Shown piece by piece: positions 25,240 to 64,000 of a stretch of 64,000 nt of DNA. The stretch lies in assembly GCA_039621445.1 (NCBI GenBank), contig CP154954.1, positions 1,612,001 through 1,676,000 of the forward strand, written 5' to 3'. The first letter of the stretch is position 1. Each line of letters begins with the position of its first letter. The DNA comes from Euglena gracilis. Lineage: Eukaryota. The translations under genes were made by a program, and so were the position numbers. The notes beneath the pieces were generated by a model that ran no database searches, had not been told where the DNA came from, and saw only the letters and a list, made by a program, of their open reading frames with translations.

Positions 25240-26091
25240 TTATTTAGTAAATTGATCCATTTGTTCTAAAGCATTGAAACGATCAGAATTAAAGGAGCTT
25301 GTTGTCTTGTAAAATATTCGCTTGGACGAGGTGTACCAAAATAATGTCATAAACCCGTTCAAAATCCAACCTCCAACAAATAAGACGGTATATAGTTACA
25401 CTATATAAACTCAAATAGAAAAAGTTTTTGTTTAAAAAACTGTTGGAATGAAAGACAAAAAAGGTTATAATAAAATATTCGTTATCTAAGGAAAAAACCA
25501 AACAAATAATAACTTTACTATTAAATTAGTAAACAAAATAAAATAAAAATCCTAAATAAACACGTATTTTAGGTGCAAAAATATAAAAATAAAATTTTTT
25601 TGGTTAAAATCAAAAAAAATCTGCATTTATAATTCACAGAAAAAACATTGATTATTTTTAAAACATTTAAGAAAATACACACATGAATTACCAATAACGA
25701 ATACTAGATATGAAATTAACATTCAAAAGCTAATACCAAAACCGTACAAACAAAACAACTTGGGCTTAATACGAATTAAAAATTAAAAATAAAATTAAAA
25801 AATATAAAAAAATTTTTATTTACTTATATAAAAAAATAAAAAATGTTGAGATTTACTTTAAAAAAAAAAAAAAATAGTAATAATTATTGTTAAACTTTCA
25901 AGGAAATACTTAAAAATTATTTCAAAAATTATATAACTAAATAATAAGATAATAAAAAAAGATCAAAAAGAATTGTACTTATTAAACTTATACGTTTATC
26001 TGAAGGGATATTAATAAATTTGATAATAAAAAATTTATATTCCAACGCGCACAATATCAGAAAAAGGACGTTCTCCTGTTGAGCCTGCCAT
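25240..26091 (-). CDS. psbE: Cytochrome b559 alpha subunit, 2 group II introns (exons 2-3 have indels)
   Basis: MAGSTGERPFSDI|GTGCG; SIRYW.IH|GTGTG; GTPRPSEYFT...RQQAPLI.DRFNALEQMDQFTK*. Confidence 0.9.
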
Positions 26092-26170
26092 ATTAAATTT
26101 CCCTTTAAAATAAAACATAACAATTAATATATTCTAAAATCATTAACAAATAATAAGTAAAAAATTTTTA

Positions 26171-27977
<1,807 letters not shown>

Positions 27978-28465
27978 TTATACGGCTACTAGAGTAAAAA
28001 ATTAATAAAAAATAACAACCAAATAAAAAATTTAATTATAAAAGCTTTTATTACCAAACCATATCATTAAATAAACTTTAATTTATGTCATAAGTATTAA
28101 TATTTATTTTTAACTAATTTTAACTACAATCTACATAAGAAATATTTTTAACGAAATTTAAAAAATAACTAAAAAATTATATTAAAATTTTTATTAACTA
28201 ATAACATTTTATCTTCATAAATTTTCCCAAAAAAAATTCACTTCGAAGGTTTTAAAAATTATAAAATTTGAAACTAGTGTTTAATACTTTGGTAATTTAA
28301 TGTGTTTTCAATTGATTTTAATATAAGGTGTTATAATCATAGCAAAAAGTTAATTTTATAAAATTTGAATATTCTTTTTAATTGTTTTTATTTTTTGCTA
28401 AGTAGTCGTATAATGTTGGAGTATTATATACGATTTCGGATAAGAGTTTTTTAATCTACTTTAAC

Positions 28466-44929
<16,464 letters not shown>

Positions 44930-44987
44930 ATTTTGTAATTTAAATATAAGTTAAAAATAATTTATATTTAATTTGTGTGTTTTAAAT

Positions 44988-45069
44988 GCCTTCGTGGTGA
45001 AATGGTAGACACTCATGACTTAAAATCATGTGCTTATAAAGCGTACCGGTTCAACTCCGGTCGAAGGTA
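44988..45069 (+). tRNA. trnL: tRNA-Leu(UAA), intron-less
   Basis: GCCTTCGTGGTGAAATGGTAGACAC...CTTAAAA...CCGGTTCAACTCCGGTCGAAGGTA. Confidence 0.95.
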
Positions 45070-45155
45070 TATATAATAAAATATTTAATTTTTTATGTTA
45101 TAATTTTATCAACAGTCGCGTTTGCGACTGGGAGATTAATTTAATTAATTTATTG

Positions 45156-48123
<2,968 letters not shown>

Positions 48124-48551
48124 TTTTATATGCTTGTTTTTATCTTTTTTACTAACAAGTATATTTTATTTCCTAATGTTTATATCACAAAGTAAATAAA
48201 AAATAAAACCATAAAATTTTTGAGGGGTTAGGGCTTTTCTAATCCAATCTTGATACGAATTCATTTAAAAGAAAAAAAAAAAACTGAAGTAGTAAAAAAA
48301 AAATATAAAAAAAAATTATGTAATGCAATTGGTTAAAAAATTTTTTAAAATCGACAGAAAGAATTTAATAGAATTTTCAAAAAAAAGAAAATAAAGCTAA
48401 AAAAAAGCTTTTTGACCAAAATAATTCGATTTTTATTATTAAAAAACGTTACATTATTAATTAAAAAATCTACTTACTAAAAAAACATAATTAACAAAAC
48501 AAAAAGATATACATTTGTTAGTAAAAAAGATAAATTCCTCCGCATATAAAA

Positions 48552-51544
<2,993 letters not shown>

Positions 51545-51630
51545 CAATAAATTAATTAAATTAATCTCCCAGTCGCAAACGCGACTGTTGATAAAATTAT
51601 AACATAAAAAATTAAATATTTTATTATATA

Positions 51631-51712
51631 TACCTTCGACCGGAGTTGAACCGGTACGCTTTATAAGCACATGATTTTAAGTCATGAGTGTCTACCATTT
51701 CACCACGAAGGC
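51631..51712 (-). tRNA. trnL: tRNA-Leu(UAA), inverted second copy
   Basis: Reverse complement of 44988-45069. Confidence 0.95.
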
Positions 51713-51770
51713 ATTTAAAACACACAAATTAAATATAAATTATTTTTAACTTATATTTAAATTACAAAAT

Positions 51771-63793
<12,023 letters not shown>

Positions 63794-63893
63794 TTAAAAA
63801 AACAATAAGTCCCTCCAAAACCGTACATGAACATTTTAATTCATACGGCTCCTCTCCTTCTATTCTAATTCTACGAATCCAAGATATGAAATT

Positions 63894-64000
63894 TCAATTT
63901 AACTTCAACAAAGATAATCGAATAAATTTTTCTAAACTTCTCACATTATTAATTTTCATAATCATAAAAACCATTTTGTAACAACAAAAACACAAAGGTA
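63894..64000 (-). CDS. C-terminus of the psbD-intron maturase-like ORF, second copy (partial)
   Basis: Reverse complement of 32708-32814 (PLCFCCYK...LLKLN*). Confidence 0.8.
   Translation of the reverse strand, partial: PLCFCCYKMVFMIMKINNVRSLEKFIRLSLLKLN

Noticed and set aside
21680-25900. Pseudogene calls for rpl2, rpl23, psbF, psbL and psbJ
   Set aside because: The damage pattern (graded, deletion-rich, homopolymer-biased) fits sequencing error better than evolutionary decay.
25289-26123. ORFs 25289-25501 and 25929-26123 as novel genes
   Set aside because: They are off-frame readings across psbE exons and introns.
45030-45155. N-terminal extension of D1 in the ORF track
   Set aside because: It runs through trnL and the leader hairpin; the real start is ATG 45156.
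48222-48265. Possible tRNA-Lys remnant (GGCTTTT...CGAAT) in the spacer
   Set aside because: No cloverleaf can be built and the sequence is too noisy.

Overview
This window is very AT-rich euglenid chloroplast DNA. Gene content, order and intron architecture match Euglena gracilis (recognised from memory, not by alignment). From 1 to ~28.2 kb it holds rps9(3')-rpl12-psbZ-rpoA on +, trnS/trnP on -, psaJ on +, and then a long minus-strand run: psaB(3')-psbE-F-L-J-[rpl23-rpl2-rps19-rpl22]-rps3-roaA-rpl16-rpl14-rpl5-rps8-rpl36-trnI-rps14-trnF-trnC-rps2-atpI-H-F-A-rps18. These genes carry many group II introns, ~100-nt group III introns and twintrons. The stretch ~20.1-25.9 kb is heavily corrupted, with genes visible only as indel-ridden traces. 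At ~28.24 kb a psaB intron is joined head-to-head to a psbD intron, so psaA and the 5' parts of psaB and psbD are absent. From 28.2 to 48.1 kb lies psbD(3')-psbC-trnL-psbA on +. From 48.5 kb to the window end lies a near-perfect inverted copy of it (arms of at least 15.4 kb), most likely a long-read fold-back or assembly artefact. Four maturase-derived ORFs are present (roaA, the psbD large-intron ORF, mat2, ycf13/mat1), all lacking the YADD motif. The least explained element is the 3.66-kb psbD intron: an orphan ~281-317 aa ORF sits 2 nt upstream of what is probably one ~625-codon RT/X/HNH-like ORF, split only by a likely erroneous TAA. Most other oddities are known Euglena plastid biology.
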